Below, piece after piece: positions 29,001-43,790 of a stretch of DNA of 64,000 nt (position 1 is its first letter; each line of letters opens with the position of its first letter). A program made the position numbers and the translations under genes. This DNA is from the human T2T-CHM13v2.0 reference genome, Homo sapiens. The DNA lies in NCBI RefSeq assembly GCF_009914755.1, contig NC_060931.1, one strand, 5' to 3'. The notes under the pieces were generated by a model that saw nothing but the letters and a program-made list of their open reading frames with translations, was not told the DNA's origin and made no database searches.

Positions 29001-29978
29001 GCGGGAGGCGTTGCTGCTCATTAATATATATGGCATAATATATGGCTTTGTAACCAGCTAAGGCCCAAGCTCCTTAGGCCCTCCCTCAGACCTTTCAGTT
29101 CCTCAAATGCAGGGACATGTCGGGTTTTGCTCAACATTAAATCACCTTAGCATAGTGCCTGACACATAGTTGGCACTTAAATATTTGTAAAATAATAATA
29201 TGCAATAGGCTCTCCACGATCCGTAGTTCTCTCCTCCCACTTGTTTTGCATGTATTATCTATATATTTTTCCTATTTTCCATAATAGAGTGTGAATTTCC
29301 TAATTTTCATAATAGATGTTGGGGGTTGGTGTGGCCAGCACATCTATAGGAATGAACAACTCTCAGATTGAGATTCTGCATATGTGGATGAAAATTTTGA
29401 GTTAGATTCTCTCTAGACTCCTGATTTTAAAAGCAATCACAACTCAACTTCCCAAATCTGTAACTAGCTCTCTGGGGAACACGAGTGCCACATTTCCAAC
29501 TACCTGCTAGATGTTTCTACTCAAATATATTGTCATCACTTCCAACTCAACTTGCCTTTAATGGACATTTATATACATTTATTATGCCCCCCATTTGAAT
29601 CCCCTTCCGTATTTGGAGAATTCCCCACCTGAGTTAAGAGTCTAATGGCTGCCGCTGAAATGCTGAACACTTGTTTAACTAATCATGTGTACCCGCTGGA
29701 AGCCATGAGTCAAAAAAGGCACAGAAAGCTACACTCCCAGGTCACCTGTAGGAGTATAGCAAGTGTAGAGATCGAGAACCCATCCCTAACAGCAAGGTAA
29801 GCTTCCGAGGCAGTAGTGAGAGTGCTGGCATCCACCATTAACATGTCAGAGATGCAAGATGCCTGTGCTTGGTGAGGGTCACAACCCCAGAGCCCTTTCC
29901 CAATCTGTTCTGTAGCCTGTTAACAGTCTCTGTGTACATTTCTGGGTAGCCTGTGACAGACTCTGTACTACATAGCTG

Positions 29979-30516
29979 TGAGGCAGGACAATAGGGTCTG
30001 GAGGCAAGGAACTTACGGCTGATTCATGCTGACTTTCTAGAACTAAATCAAAAGGAAAGCCCCAACTTTCCACAGCTAAGTAACAAAGGGACCCGGCCCC
30101 CTCCCCCACCACCGCCCTTTTCTGCGTGGCAGACGGAAAATTGAAAGTACCTCGGATTGGTTGCTTTCCATAACTAATTAAATGTTTGCATAGGGTGTAA
30201 CCTTTGTAACTTCGCTTCAGGCTCTGATTGGTTGCTTTCCGCTATCAGACTGATTGTGGGCCACTATATTTGCGTGGGGTGTACACCAAGTGGCCAATGG
30301 GAAACCTCTAGAGGGTGTTTATACCCCAGAAAATTCTATAACCCGGCCGCCCCGCTCTTGAGCCCCATGTTCCGGCTCTTCACACCCTGTGGAGTGTACT
30401 TTCATTTTCAATAAATCTCTGCTTTTGTTGCTTCATTCCTTCCTTGCTTTGTTTGTGCGTTTTGTCTAATTCCTTGTTCAAGATGCCAAGAACCTGGACA
30501 CCTTCCACCGGTAACA
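29979..30516 (+). mobile_element. MER51-like ERV1 solo LTR
   Basis: tgaggcaggacaatagggtctggagg...ggtaaca termini; CCAAT/ATTGG boxes; AATAAA near 30410. Confidence 0.85.
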
Positions 30517-32397
30517 GCCAAGGTAGATTCTGGCCATGTAGGTGCAAGCCTCAATCTCCAGCTATCCTTTGAACTACTTAGCGTCCTCTAGTAAACTTAC
30601 TTTCTGCTTAAATTAGCTACAGCTGCATTCAGTTGCTTAGCACTAAGACCAGCTCACTAAATCAGTGGTTTTTCATCATCTTCCTCTAACATGGTCTTCT
30701 GCCTTATGACTTTAAAACCATTTTTGATGCTTGTTATCTTGTCCTTATACTTTAGAATACTTCAGTGAGATGTGTGTATGTTTGAAAGTTAATCTGCACA
30801 GCCCAGGGTGGGTAATTAGCATTTGAAAGACTAATCAAAAATGTTCACTGCAGAGTTGAATGCACAGATGCTTCCAGTATCACCATGTAAATCTGCACTA
30901 GATGTACCTTAGTTAGCATAAAGGATTAGAAAGAATTCTTCATTGTGGAAACAAGATGTTCAAAATACGTGGCTGGTTAGAATACTGTACAAGCACTTAT
31001 GCATAACTGTGGCGTAGAAATCTGCTGTGTAGCAGACCGACAGCCTTCAGAATGGCTTAGTCTAGACTTCTGTTTAATATTTTGCCACAAAGTACTGTTT
31101 GTGTACTGTTTTTTGTGTCTGCTTGCTGATAAGATTTGTGTAGTAGCATTCAGTCTGAGACTTGTTTTAACTGTATGACACTACCTAGTACCGAGGGAGG
31201 AGAAAGATAGCCTTGTCAATCTTTAGTTATTGAAGGATACCAGTATTTACCAAAAAAAATTTGACACTTATGAATGACCAAGTGCTGTTCATTTTCATCC
31301 ACCCTATCTCTTGCATTTATTATTTCCCATCAACTTCTATTGCTTCTACTCTGTTACGGTATTACTTCAGTAACCTCTATGCTGGTCATCTTGATTTCAG
31401 CCTCAGCTCAGTCTAACCCATTACACAGGCCCCTGGCTGATGCTCTCAGAGCACCATGCTTTGACACTTCTGGGATTAAAACCAGTGATTTATACAGGCT
31501 ACAGAATAAAGTCCAAATTCAGTCTGGCACCTGAGGCCCTCAAGGACCCAATCTAAATCCCCCTTTATCCTGAAAGAAGAAAGGGTCAATTTGCGACATC
31601 TGGTACATCCGCAGCCAGACACCTAAATATAAAACAGCCACCTGGGAACCATTGCAGAGACTGGTGATTTCAGGTTCTGGTTAATGATGGCAGTATAATG
31701 ATCCTAATCACTAGAATATCCATTCTTTAACACCTACTTCTATACAGACAAGGTCTGTGTGCTTCAGGCCAGGAATATCACCTGAGGAGTTATTTCAGAC
31801 TAGGAACACCTGTTGAAAATATACTCATGATAATAAGTCAAGAAAAGGAAGAGGGAGCAGCACGCATCACAGGAGGTACGGTGGATCTTATCACACATTC
31901 CAGTCCTCTGGCAGGGAGTCACAGATGAGTCCTATGTTATTTCTTATGTTCTCTATTGTTTTTCTCCTATTTTTTCCATTTATTCAGTTCAGTCGTAGGG
32001 CTAAACTAACTCAGATTCTCCATAGAAAATCAGCTGGGCCTCCCTTATTCTGTGTAATATAAAGTACTTTCACCTATATTACATAATCTACACAAAAACC
32101 CAATGATGTAAATATTTTCATCACCATTTTGCAAATAATGTAACCAAGGTCCAGAGATACTACGTTGTTCTAGGTCCTCATAACTGTCTAAGATCAGGGA
32201 ATTAAATTCAGTCTTTTGGCTTCAAGTTCTGGGCCATCAAGAGCAGCTTTCTAAATATCAACCCCCACTCTGTGAGGAAACACAGGTATTTCTTTCTCAT
32301 TACTATTGTTTCAGTAAGTAGGGAAAGAGTTACATCATTCAGTCTACACCTTAGAATCATCTGGCCCAGACCAGTTAGAGTTTCTGAAATTAGCCTT

Positions 32398-32399
<2 letters not shown>

Positions 32400-32440
<41 letters not shown>
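32400..32440. repeat. (TG)n microsatellite
   Basis: About 20 TG units. Confidence 0.95.
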
Positions 32441-32444
<4 letters not shown>

Positions 32445-32514
32445 AAAGCCTCCCTCTTTTCCAGTGATTCTAATGTAAAGCACAGCTTGAAAACTACTAA
32501 GTTATTACCTCCAT

Positions 32515-32645
32515 TAGTGCAGTGGTTCTTCAGGTATGGTCCCCAGACAAGCTGCATTAACATCACCTGGGACCTAGTTAGAAATGGAAATTATAAGGCC
32601 CTATCCCCAGACCTACTGAATCAGGAACTCTAAGGGTAGAGCCGA
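32515..32645. mobile_element. MER5A-like DNA transposon relic
   Basis: cagtggttcttc...catcacctggga...ccccagacctactgaatcagga. Confidence 0.7.
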
Positions 32646-32659
32646 GATTTTGGGATTCG

Positions 32660-33100
32660 GTTCAGATGTGTGTATCAGAAGACTCAACAGTGTCTTAATT
32701 GCAGTTTATTTCTCTGTCTTGTAAAAACGGTCTAGAAGTAGGTGTTCCAGAGCAGACATCGTCCTCCTTGGTGTTAGAGATCCTGATTCCTTCTTTTTTT
32801 CTACCCTACCATTCTCAGGATGTGGCTTCCTCTTCATAGGCCAAGATGGCTGCCTGATTTCCAGCTATGACTTCTGAATTCCAGTCAGCAAGTAGGAAAT
32901 GCACTTCCCCCCACCCTTACTTTGACACTTCTTGGAAGCCGTATGACACATCAGCTTATATCACATTGACTAGTATTTAGTATTTATAGAGTCTGCAAAA
33001 GGTGGTAATTTCGGGGGCGGCCATGTGCCCACCTAAAATCAGGGTTCTCTTTCAGAGAAAGGAGAATAAATATTGGATGACAGCAAGCAGTATTTGCCAG
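32660..33100. mobile_element. Old ERVL LTR (LTR33-like)
   Basis: caagatggctgc...ccagctatgacttctgaattccag...cttatatcacattg. Confidence 0.45.
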
Positions 33101-33699
33101 AGTTAACTAATTGCTTTTTTTCTACCTCCAAAATTCTAAAGTGAGATAATAAGCATCATAACTGTTTGAACACTTTTGGTTTGCTGTTCTAAGTGATGCT
33201 CCTTATTTCATTAGTCTTTTCACTGTATTAATGATGGCAAGTATTTATTCATATGGCTGAACTATGATTAATTCTTCCCCTAATTTTGAATATTTGGAAT
33301 GTTACAATTTTTGCTGTTGAAAGTGCTGCACTAGGGCTTATTGCATTTGTGATGTACTGCATTTCTGATTATCACTTCGGAACGTAGATTCCTAGATAGG
33401 TTAAAGAATTTGAACATCGTTAAGGCTCTTTATTCATATGGCTGATTTTCTTGCAAGAAGGGAAACGTTTTGTGCTCCATTATAAGTGAACTACATTTTT
33501 GGCAGCAAAAAGTTTTGTCTTCTTAAACTTTTTGTTCTTTCAACATTTTGAAAATAGTGCATTACTATCTTCTTGCAACCTAATGATGCTGCTGAGAAAT
33601 CTGATATCAATTTGATTTGCATTCCTTTGGAGGTAATCTGACCTTTCTCTCTTAGCTTTTAGAAAATTGTCTTTATCCTAAATGTTCTGAAATTCTACC

Positions 33700-34470
<771 letters not shown>

Positions 34471-37180
34471 ATAATATTAATATCATATTATGCTTAATAT
34501 ACAATATTATATATAATATAATCTTTAATATAATTAATATATATGTTATATAATATATAATATATATCATTATATATAATACATAATATATATCATTATA
34601 TATAATATATAATATATCATTATATATAATATATTATATGTTACATATAATATATAATATATCATTATATATATCAGTTATATATTATATATAATATATC
34701 ATTATATATAATATATCATATATCATGTTATATAATATGTATAATATATCATATATCATGATATATTATATATAATATATCATGATATATGATATATTAT
34801 ATATCATATATCATTATATAATATAATATATATTATATATAATGTATCATTATATAATATAATATATCATATATAATATATCATATATAATATATCATAT
34901 ATAATATATCATTATATATAATATATCATATATAATATATCATTATATATAATATATCATATATAATATATCATTATATATAATATATCATATATAATAT
35001 ATCATTATATATAATATATCATATATCATATATCATGTAATATAATATGTAATATATATCATGTAATATAATATATATCATGTAATATATAATATATATC
35101 ATGTAATATAATATATTATATATCATGTAATATAATATATATCATGTAATATAATATATATCATGTAATATAATATATTATATATCATGTAATATAATAT
35201 ATTATATATCATGTAATATAATATATTATATATCATGTAATATAATATATAATATAGTATATACTGTAATATAATATATAATATATTATATACTATATAC
35301 TATATAATATATACTATATATAATATATATTATATACTATATAATATATAGTATATACTATATATTATATACTATATATAATATATATTATATACTATAT
35401 ACTATATATAATATATATTACATACTATATACTATATATTATATATTATATACTATATATAATATATACTATACATAATATAATGATATACAATATATAA
35501 CATATGTATTATACAATTATATATTTTATATATAAATATATATTATTAATTATTAATATATTAAATATATATTATATATAATATTATATAAATATATAAT
35601 ATAATTATATAAATATATATATTATATATAATATTATATAAATATATAATATAATTATATAAATATATATTATATATAATATATAAATATATAATATAAT
35701 ATAATTATATAATATATAATTATATTATATATATATAATTATATAAATATATAATTATATATATATAATATAATTATATAAATATATAATTATATAATAT
35801 AATTATATAATTATATAAATATATTATATAATTATATAAATATATAATTATATTATATATATCATTATATAATTATATAATTATATAAATATATATATAT
35901 AATTATATAATTATATAATTATATTATATATAATATAATTATATAAATATATAATTATATTATATATAATATAATTATATAAATATATAATTATATACAT
36001 ATATAATTATATAAATATATATAATATAATTATATACATATATAATTATATAAATATATATAATATAATTATATACATATATAATTATATAAATATATAT
36101 AATATAATTATATAAATATATAATTATATAAATATATAATATAATTATATAAATATATAATTATATAAATATATATAATATAATTATATAAATATATATA
36201 ATATAATTATATAAATTTATATAATTATATAAATATATAATATAATTATATAAATATATAATATAATTATATAAATAAATATAATTATATAAATATATAA
36301 TATAATTATATAAATAAATATAATTATATAAATATATAATATAATTATATAAATATATAATATAATTATATAAATATATATAATATAATTATATATATAT
36401 ATAATTATATTATATATATAATATAATTATATAAATATATAATTATATTATATATATAATATAATTATATAAATATATAATTATATAAATATATAATATA
36501 ATTATATAAATATATAATTATATAAATATACATAATATAATTATATAAATATATAATTATATAAATATATATAATATAATTATATAAATATATAATTATA
36601 TAAAGATATATAAGATAATTATATAAATATATAATTATATAAAGATATATAAGATAATTATATAAATATATAATTATATAAAGATATATAAGATAATTAT
36701 ATAAATATATAATATAATTATATAAAGATATATAAGATAATTATATAAAGATATATAATATAATTATATAAAGATATAATATAATTATATAAAGATATAT
36801 AATATAATTATATAAATATATAATATAATTATATAAAGATATATAATATAATTATATAAATATATAATATAATTATATAAATATATAATATAATTATATT
36901 GTATATAATATAATTATATAAAGATATATAATATAATTATATAAATATATAATATAATTATATAAATATATAATATAATTATGTAAATATATATAATATA
37001 ATTTATAAATATATAATATAATTATATAAATATATATAATATAATTTATAAATATATAATATAATTATATAAATATATAATATAATTATATATAATCTCT
37101 TTATATATATTTATATATTATATATAATCTCTTTATATATTTATTATATATAATTATATCATATTATATATATAATTTTA
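34471..37180. repeat. ~2.7-kb compound AT-rich tandem array
   Basis: Almost pure A/T with successive motif blocks. Confidence 0.97.
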
Positions 37181-37489
37181 TTTCTTTGGAAGAATTCCTC
37201 AATGTTGCAGCCACCAATTTTCTTCTCAAGCTGTTGTCAACCAACAAGAGGCTAAAGACCAGACTACAATGCAATAAATCAGGGAATTTATTGGAGTCCT
37301 AGAAATTGCAATTTAAGAGTCACAGATTCAGCTGGAAGCCAAACTGTGTTGTGAAGAGAGGTGGAGAATAGGGGGTTTTAAGAAAAAATCAAAAAGAAGC
37401 TAAGGGTGATTACATAAGTTGTGTTGAAAGAATTATCATTGGTGAAGGGGGTGGCTTAGTACAGGAGTCCGTAGTTCTTTGATTGTTAC

Positions 37490-38388
37490 TGTCAACATAA
37501 GAATCTTGAGATCTTAACTTTGGAGAGGAGACTTTCTTGTAAAGGGTTACAGCCTACCAGGCTGGCCATTCTGCAGCCTGGGAAGTACAGCCTCTAGCAG
37601 AGACCATTAGCAGGCACTTCTAGGAAGGGAAGGATGAGATAGAAATTTATTCTGAACAGGTTGGCTAAATATACATATTCATTAGCTTATAAGAGGACTT
37701 ATGAATATTCACAAAGTGGGGATGTACACGTGTGTGATAAGCAAGCATGCATGTTACATGCATTCCATGTTCACTTTGGGACAGAGATTTAACATTGAAA
37801 TGTATTACAGTTAGGCCCTATATGTCAAAAGGTGAAGTAGGGACACAAAGACACTCAAGTTCACAGCCTCTGTAAATCAGCCATCACCAGTCCATAGTCT
37901 GTGGTCTTTTATCCATGAAAGTTACTGATATAGGTCTCTTGTCCAATTAAAGCTGTAGGTATGGCTTGTGGAAGAGGGGATGAGTTAGCATTGGTGGTGG
38001 ATGAGCTGCAATTGTTTTAATATTGCTTATCTCAAGGCCAGCACTTGTTTTGCTGATAGAGGAAAAGAAGAAGCAATTAGAACATAGTTTATTCTTAAAA
38101 TGTAGGCATACATAACTTAACCCTTGCCTGGCATGACATTAGGTCTATTTATAATTTGGTATCTTCTTACTACAAAGAGTCCATTCTGTCAGTCTTATGA
38201 GCTCTATTTTAACATTAGACAACTGACCAGCATTAAGCTGCAGAAGGGAGGGGGTACAATGAGGCATGTCTGACCTCCCATCCCTTCATGGCCTGGAACT
38301 CAGTTTTTAAGGTTTCTCTGAAGTCCCCTTGGCCAAGAAGGGTCTGTTTGGTTGGCTGGGGGGCTTAGGATTTTATTTTTAGTTTTTA
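37490..38388 (-). mobile_element. MER4-group ERV1 solo LTR nested in an older LTR (~37235-38600)
   Basis: Minus strand begins taaaaactaaaaataaaatcctaagccccccagcc; flanks ttac / ttgc. Confidence 0.7.
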
Positions 38389-39178
38389 TTGCTCAGGAAT
38401 TAAATTCAGCTGTTTTCCAGGCTGCTGTGGACATGGAAGTTTGGCTCAGCTCAAAGGTACAAGACAAGTTTCTGGGTTTGTTTGGTTTTTTCTTCCTTCA
38501 AGTCTACGGGATATGCAGGCAGTCCTTCTTAGAATGGCTTCCCAATTCCATTTGAGAGCTTGAACCAGAGTGACACCATTTTGCGTATCACCTTTCACAC
38601 TATCATTTTAAAATTTTCCCAGGTCACTTGTTTCATTTCTTGAAATGTCCATTAGCCTGTTATGATCTCCTGTTTCTTGTTTGGTGGCATTTACCATCTT
38701 TATCTTTTCAGGATATTAAATATACATGTTTTAAGCCCTGTTCTGAATACTCATTTTACTGTTTCATCAGCTTGTAAATTATTCTGTTTGTTGGATCTGT
38801 CATCTCTCTTTCGTGGTGTTGACTATCTCCAGATGTTAGGAGTATCTTGCTTTTCCATAGTAGCTTTTCTGCTGTGATCTCTGATGCTTCTTGCTTTAAT
38901 GTCTTGCAGAGACTGAGTTTTCCTTACTTTCCTTATTTAAAATAGTGCTCACATTATTCTGCTGAGAATTACCCTCTGATTTCAATGCAGCTATATTTAT
39001 ATTAAATTCTTTTAGTATATTCTCTATTATTTTTCTTGACTCAGTGTAGGAAGGGGTTATTTCTGCATATGCTGATTCTGTCTTCTTGACATTCTGCATT
39101 ATGTTTTATAATTGAATATTTTAAGGAAGATATTTTAAAATTTGGTCATGTCACTAATTTTTTTTCATGTTATACTGA

Positions 39179-39713
39179 TGTAATGCTGAACCCCTATTAA
39201 CCTCAACAGGGATGGCAACATGTTCAAGAGACTGAAGAAGAGACCCAGAGCCAGCAAACAGGACATAGGGCTTTATTAGCAGGAAACCTACAAAGAGGGA
39301 GGGCCAGTGGCGGCAGGCTGGACAGGAGAACCACACAGCCCAGTGAGGGGGTGCTGGGCTGGAGAACCATACGGCCCAGAGGCAGCAGGCTGGGCAGGAG
39401 AACTGTAACCACTTGCAAAAAGCATGTAGTTTATATAGCATTTTCACTAAGCACCCTCCCCCTAACCATCTTCACCTGGCAACCTTCACTTAACCCAAAA
39501 CAAAGGGCCTCAATCCCCTGTATGGCCTGTGTTTCACTAGACAGGCCAGGGGCTCAGATGTTCCTCATAGATAAGGAATGAATGCCTGGGTTGGCCACTC
39601 CTGGATTCCTCAGCTTGGAACTCTGAACACACATTCAGGTGCCTCTGCCATACAGGGCCATTCTCAGGTTATGGCTAAGTTAAGGTACTGCTATCAGGTG
39701 CTTCTACCATACA
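39179..39713 (-). mobile_element. 3' LTR of a class III (ERVL-type) provirus
   Basis: TG...CA termini; preceded on minus by the PPT-like ggggtggac; TATA (ctatataaa) and AATAAA on minus; three ~32-bp internal repeats at 39305-39410. Confidence 0.8.
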
Positions 39714-42700
39714 GTCCACCCCAGCTACCCTGGAACAGCTCTCACATTTTTATCACGCTATTCTTCCATGATTTCCCTGGGGCCAGGTAATGTGGAGAAG
39801 CATCGCTGCCAGACTGCTGCAGCAGCAATGCAAACTAAAACAAAAAATAATCCAACTTGGGAGTTAATTTTGGATTCACCACAGCAGGCTTATGATGGAG
39901 GAGAGGGGCAGCTCTTCACAGGCCCAACAGTCTGTTTTGTTCTGGAGAGAGGCCACCATCTGTGCCCAGTTGGTAAAGAGGGTCTGCTGCACACCATCTG
40001 TGGGTGGAAGATGAGATGTTTAGTGGGTACAAGGAAGGGCAATAACAGCCGTTCAACAAGACACAGGAAGTTGTATTGTTCTGAGAAAGCGTCATCCTTG
40101 GCAGTGGCCTGGGACCTGGCTGACATCACCAAATGGATTGGCCCCCTCTGGGATGCATTGCGGGAGGCCAGAATAAGACAATGGGAGTATCATGATGTTT
40201 CATAATGAGAGGATGATCATCCCCTTTCACAAGGGAGGACCAGGATTCATTATTTTAGAAATATGATGGGGAGCAGGGCGCAAAATAGGTGTGACCTGTG
40301 TATCTTGGTCTAGGCCCTTCCCCCATGGAGTGGAAAAACCAAAGCATCGGGGACTGGCTTGCCATTTCCAAGACCACATAATGATGTGCTCCCCAGTGGA
40401 CAGGTCCTGTGGCAAGGACAATCACAGGTTATCTTGAGTCTCAGGATGGGACAAAGGAGTATCGTCCCTTACCTTGTCCACCTGGATCCTGAGAGTGGTA
40501 TCACGTTCTTGCATCGGAAGGACATAGGCACTGGTGATGAGAACGCCATGTTCATTCAGGGTGCAGACAACTGCTGGTAAATGGTGTGTCCACAGAGCCA
40601 GAGTGCGTCTCCTGCTGGAGTTGTTGCTTCAACAGTCCATTCATCCTTTAAATCAGCCCCACGGCTGCAGGGATGTACAGCAGGTGGAAATGTCAGTGGA
40701 TATCCAGGGCCTCCACCCATTCCTACACTTTATGTCTGGTAAAGTGCAAGCCCTGGTCACTATTGATATTGGTGGGGACACCATAGGCCACACACAGCCA
40801 CTCTAGTCCTTTTATGATAGTTTTCTGGGTAGCATGCTTGCTGGGATATGACTGTGGTAGCCCTGTGCAGGTGTCCACATAAGTCAAGGTATAGTAGCAG
40901 CCATTAGATAGAAACAAATGCCCTATGTAGTCTACCTGCCACCATTGTACTGGACTCTGGCCCCAGGGGATCTCTCCAGTATTGTGTGGCAAGGGCCTAG
41001 GGCATTCCTGTGCATGGGTAGGACATTGCTGACAGAGGTGTACTATGTCTTTATGTCATAGTGGCAGGCCCTAATTCTTCACTGTGGCCCAAAGGGAATG
41101 CTGTCCCCAAAGTCCTGTCTTTTTGGGCAGCCAGTGGGCCACGTCTGTGGGGACTACCTTGAAGAGATGAATGCAGGCTAGCTTGTTCTCATGTTGATTT
41201 CCAGATGGCGTAGATGCAGTGTGGGCATCCACATGGAAGACTGTTACATGCATTCCCTGGATGTGACAGAGAATGTCCTTCCACATGCCAGCACCCCAAA
41301 GCAGGCAGCCTGCTACTGTCCAATCCTGAGCTTCTCCTTGTGGTAGCCACATAGCAAGTCCCTTAAAGATGGCCCAGCTGTTGGTACACAAGACTATTGG
41401 GTCCGGCTCATAGAGGAGGATCGTCTAGGTGGCTCTCAGCTTAGCCCATTTGTTACTAAGTCCTAGGCCTGTATCAAGCCAGATCCTGTCAGTGGACAGC
41501 TGGATGGCTGCAGCTGTCCATGTGCAAGGATTGCCTCATAGCAAGCTCTCTGTGTACCAGATCTGGTCAAGAATTGGGCCCTGTCCCTCCTGTACAAAGG
41601 AGGAAATCTGTGGAGGTTCAGCGGCCTCTTTCAAAGACTGTCTTTCAGATGTTACATAGGTGACAGTACTGAGCACCAAATGGAGCTCTGTGCTCAAGGG
41701 GCTATTAATGAATGTGCTCCTTTGTTGAGGTATGCATGCCTTTTGGCTACAGTCTGTGTTTGGGCATTCCCAGGCTTTAGCTTCCGGAAGGTACCCTTTA
41801 GTCAACCTGCTATTGGTACTGGGTGCGTACTAGCACTAGGACCCACTTTGTAATGTCCTCCACTTATTGTAAAGCATACATAGCCCAGAGTTGTGGCACT
41901 CCAGCTAGCTGAAGCCCCCTTCCACAGCTGGGACCAGAATCCTAAAGGCACACATTTATGCCCTTGCCTTCACCACAGGCCCCACCCAAACCCCTCAGGG
42001 TAACTGGCTACGTTCAGTTCACAAGGCTGCCCCTGCACTACAAGTCCTAGGCTTGTATTTGTTTCACTGCAACTTTAGCTTGTTCAAAGGCCTCATCCTC
42101 CTTTGTGGACCAGTCCCAGTGGGCCCCCATCTTGACTAGCAGTATAGGGACCTAAGGAGTTGGGCCAAATGAGGAATAAAAGGATACCAACACTGTAGGA
42201 GGCCTAAGGAAGTTTGCAAGTGCTTTGGTGTGGTAGGACATGGGTAGGCCTACACCTTATCCATAAGAGCAGACTGAAAGACCTTCGTCTTACCCAACCA
42301 GATGACAACCAGACTGACAAACCTGGCCTCTGGTCTTTGTATGCGTTGACTGCCAATCCTTTGTTCGCCAAGTGAGAGGGTAAGGTGGGGGCTGTGCAGA
42401 TTATAAGCCAGAAAAAGACCTAAAAGTTAATGGAAAACATGTATCCCCTCCAGGGTGGTATCCCTGGGCAAGACAGTCCATTGTTTTTCTTCCCATGTGA
42501 ATGCAAATTGGTCTTGACTCTCTGAGGGCGATGGGGGATGCCGAAGGCATTGGCTATCAATAGCCAAATGGTATATGCCCATGGCTTCTCCTACCCTTGT
42601 CCCAAGAGAGGTGATATTGAGAACAGCCACATACACTGGGGGGACCACCTTACTTAATTCCTAGTAATCTACTGTTATTCTTTGTGTCCCATCAGGCTTC

Positions 42701-42995
42701 TGCATGGGCCATTCAGGGCTGTTGTATGGGCTGTGCACTGGCCTTATAGTGCCTGCCCAGGCTAACTCCCATATAGTCTCTGTGATTTCATCATGTCCCC
42801 ACCCTTGCAGGTGGTATTGCTCAGCACCTCTACTCACGGCAGGGCTGGAAAGTGTCCTGGTGTCCATTTTGCATTCTCTGATCACAGGGTTCACCACCTA
42901 ACTCTCCGTCAGAATTCCCCTGCAGTTGTTTGTGGGGTCAGGCCTGATAAGTTATCTACTCCCAAGATGTATTCTGGGATGGGAGCAAACTATAA
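39714..42995 (-). pseudogene. Degraded ERV internal region: RT, RNase H, integrase and env remnant; gag and 5' LTR absent
   Basis: HSPYNSPEWPMQKPDGTQRITVDY (RT); FHVDAHT (RNase H); WQVDYIG...YVDTCTG...NSDQGLHFT (integrase); many frameshifts. Confidence 0.9.
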
Positions 42996-43100
42996 TTAGT
43001 CTACAAAATGTTGACCATTTAAATAAAAAATTTTCTAATGTATTAGTTGTAAAAGTGCCTCCTATCACTTCATATTTTTAATTAATACACTTAGTTTTAA

Positions 43101-43505
<405 letters not shown>

Positions 43506-43529
43506 TGTTCATTATTTATTATATGAAGT

Positions 43530-43790
43530 GTATAGGGTAGTGATTAAGACCAGCAAAAGTTCTGGAGCTATTGACTGCCTGAGTTTGAATCCATCTGTGC
43601 CACTTACTAGCTCTGTTTCCCACGTGTACAATAGAAATAGTAATAATATTTAATTCATAGGGTTGTTGTGAGAATTAAATGAGTTAATATATGTCAGGTA
43701 TTTAGAACAGTAAATACCTTACAGTAAGGTTCTCAATTATCTTAGCCTGACAGTAAGTTCCCAGTTGTTAGCCATTTTCATTTTTATATA
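43530..43790 (+). mobile_element. MIR
   Basis: cctgagtttgaatcc...gccacttactagct...catagggttgttgtgagaattaaatgag. Confidence 0.75.

Noticed and set aside
39305-39410. Three ~32-bp spaced repeats, superficially CRISPR-like
   Set aside because: Tandem units inside an LTR, no unique spacers, no cas genes, eukaryotic DNA
39768-40205. 145-aa plus-strand ORF in the ERV
   Set aside because: Antisense to the provirus, no recognisable motif; the env-like signal is on the minus strand
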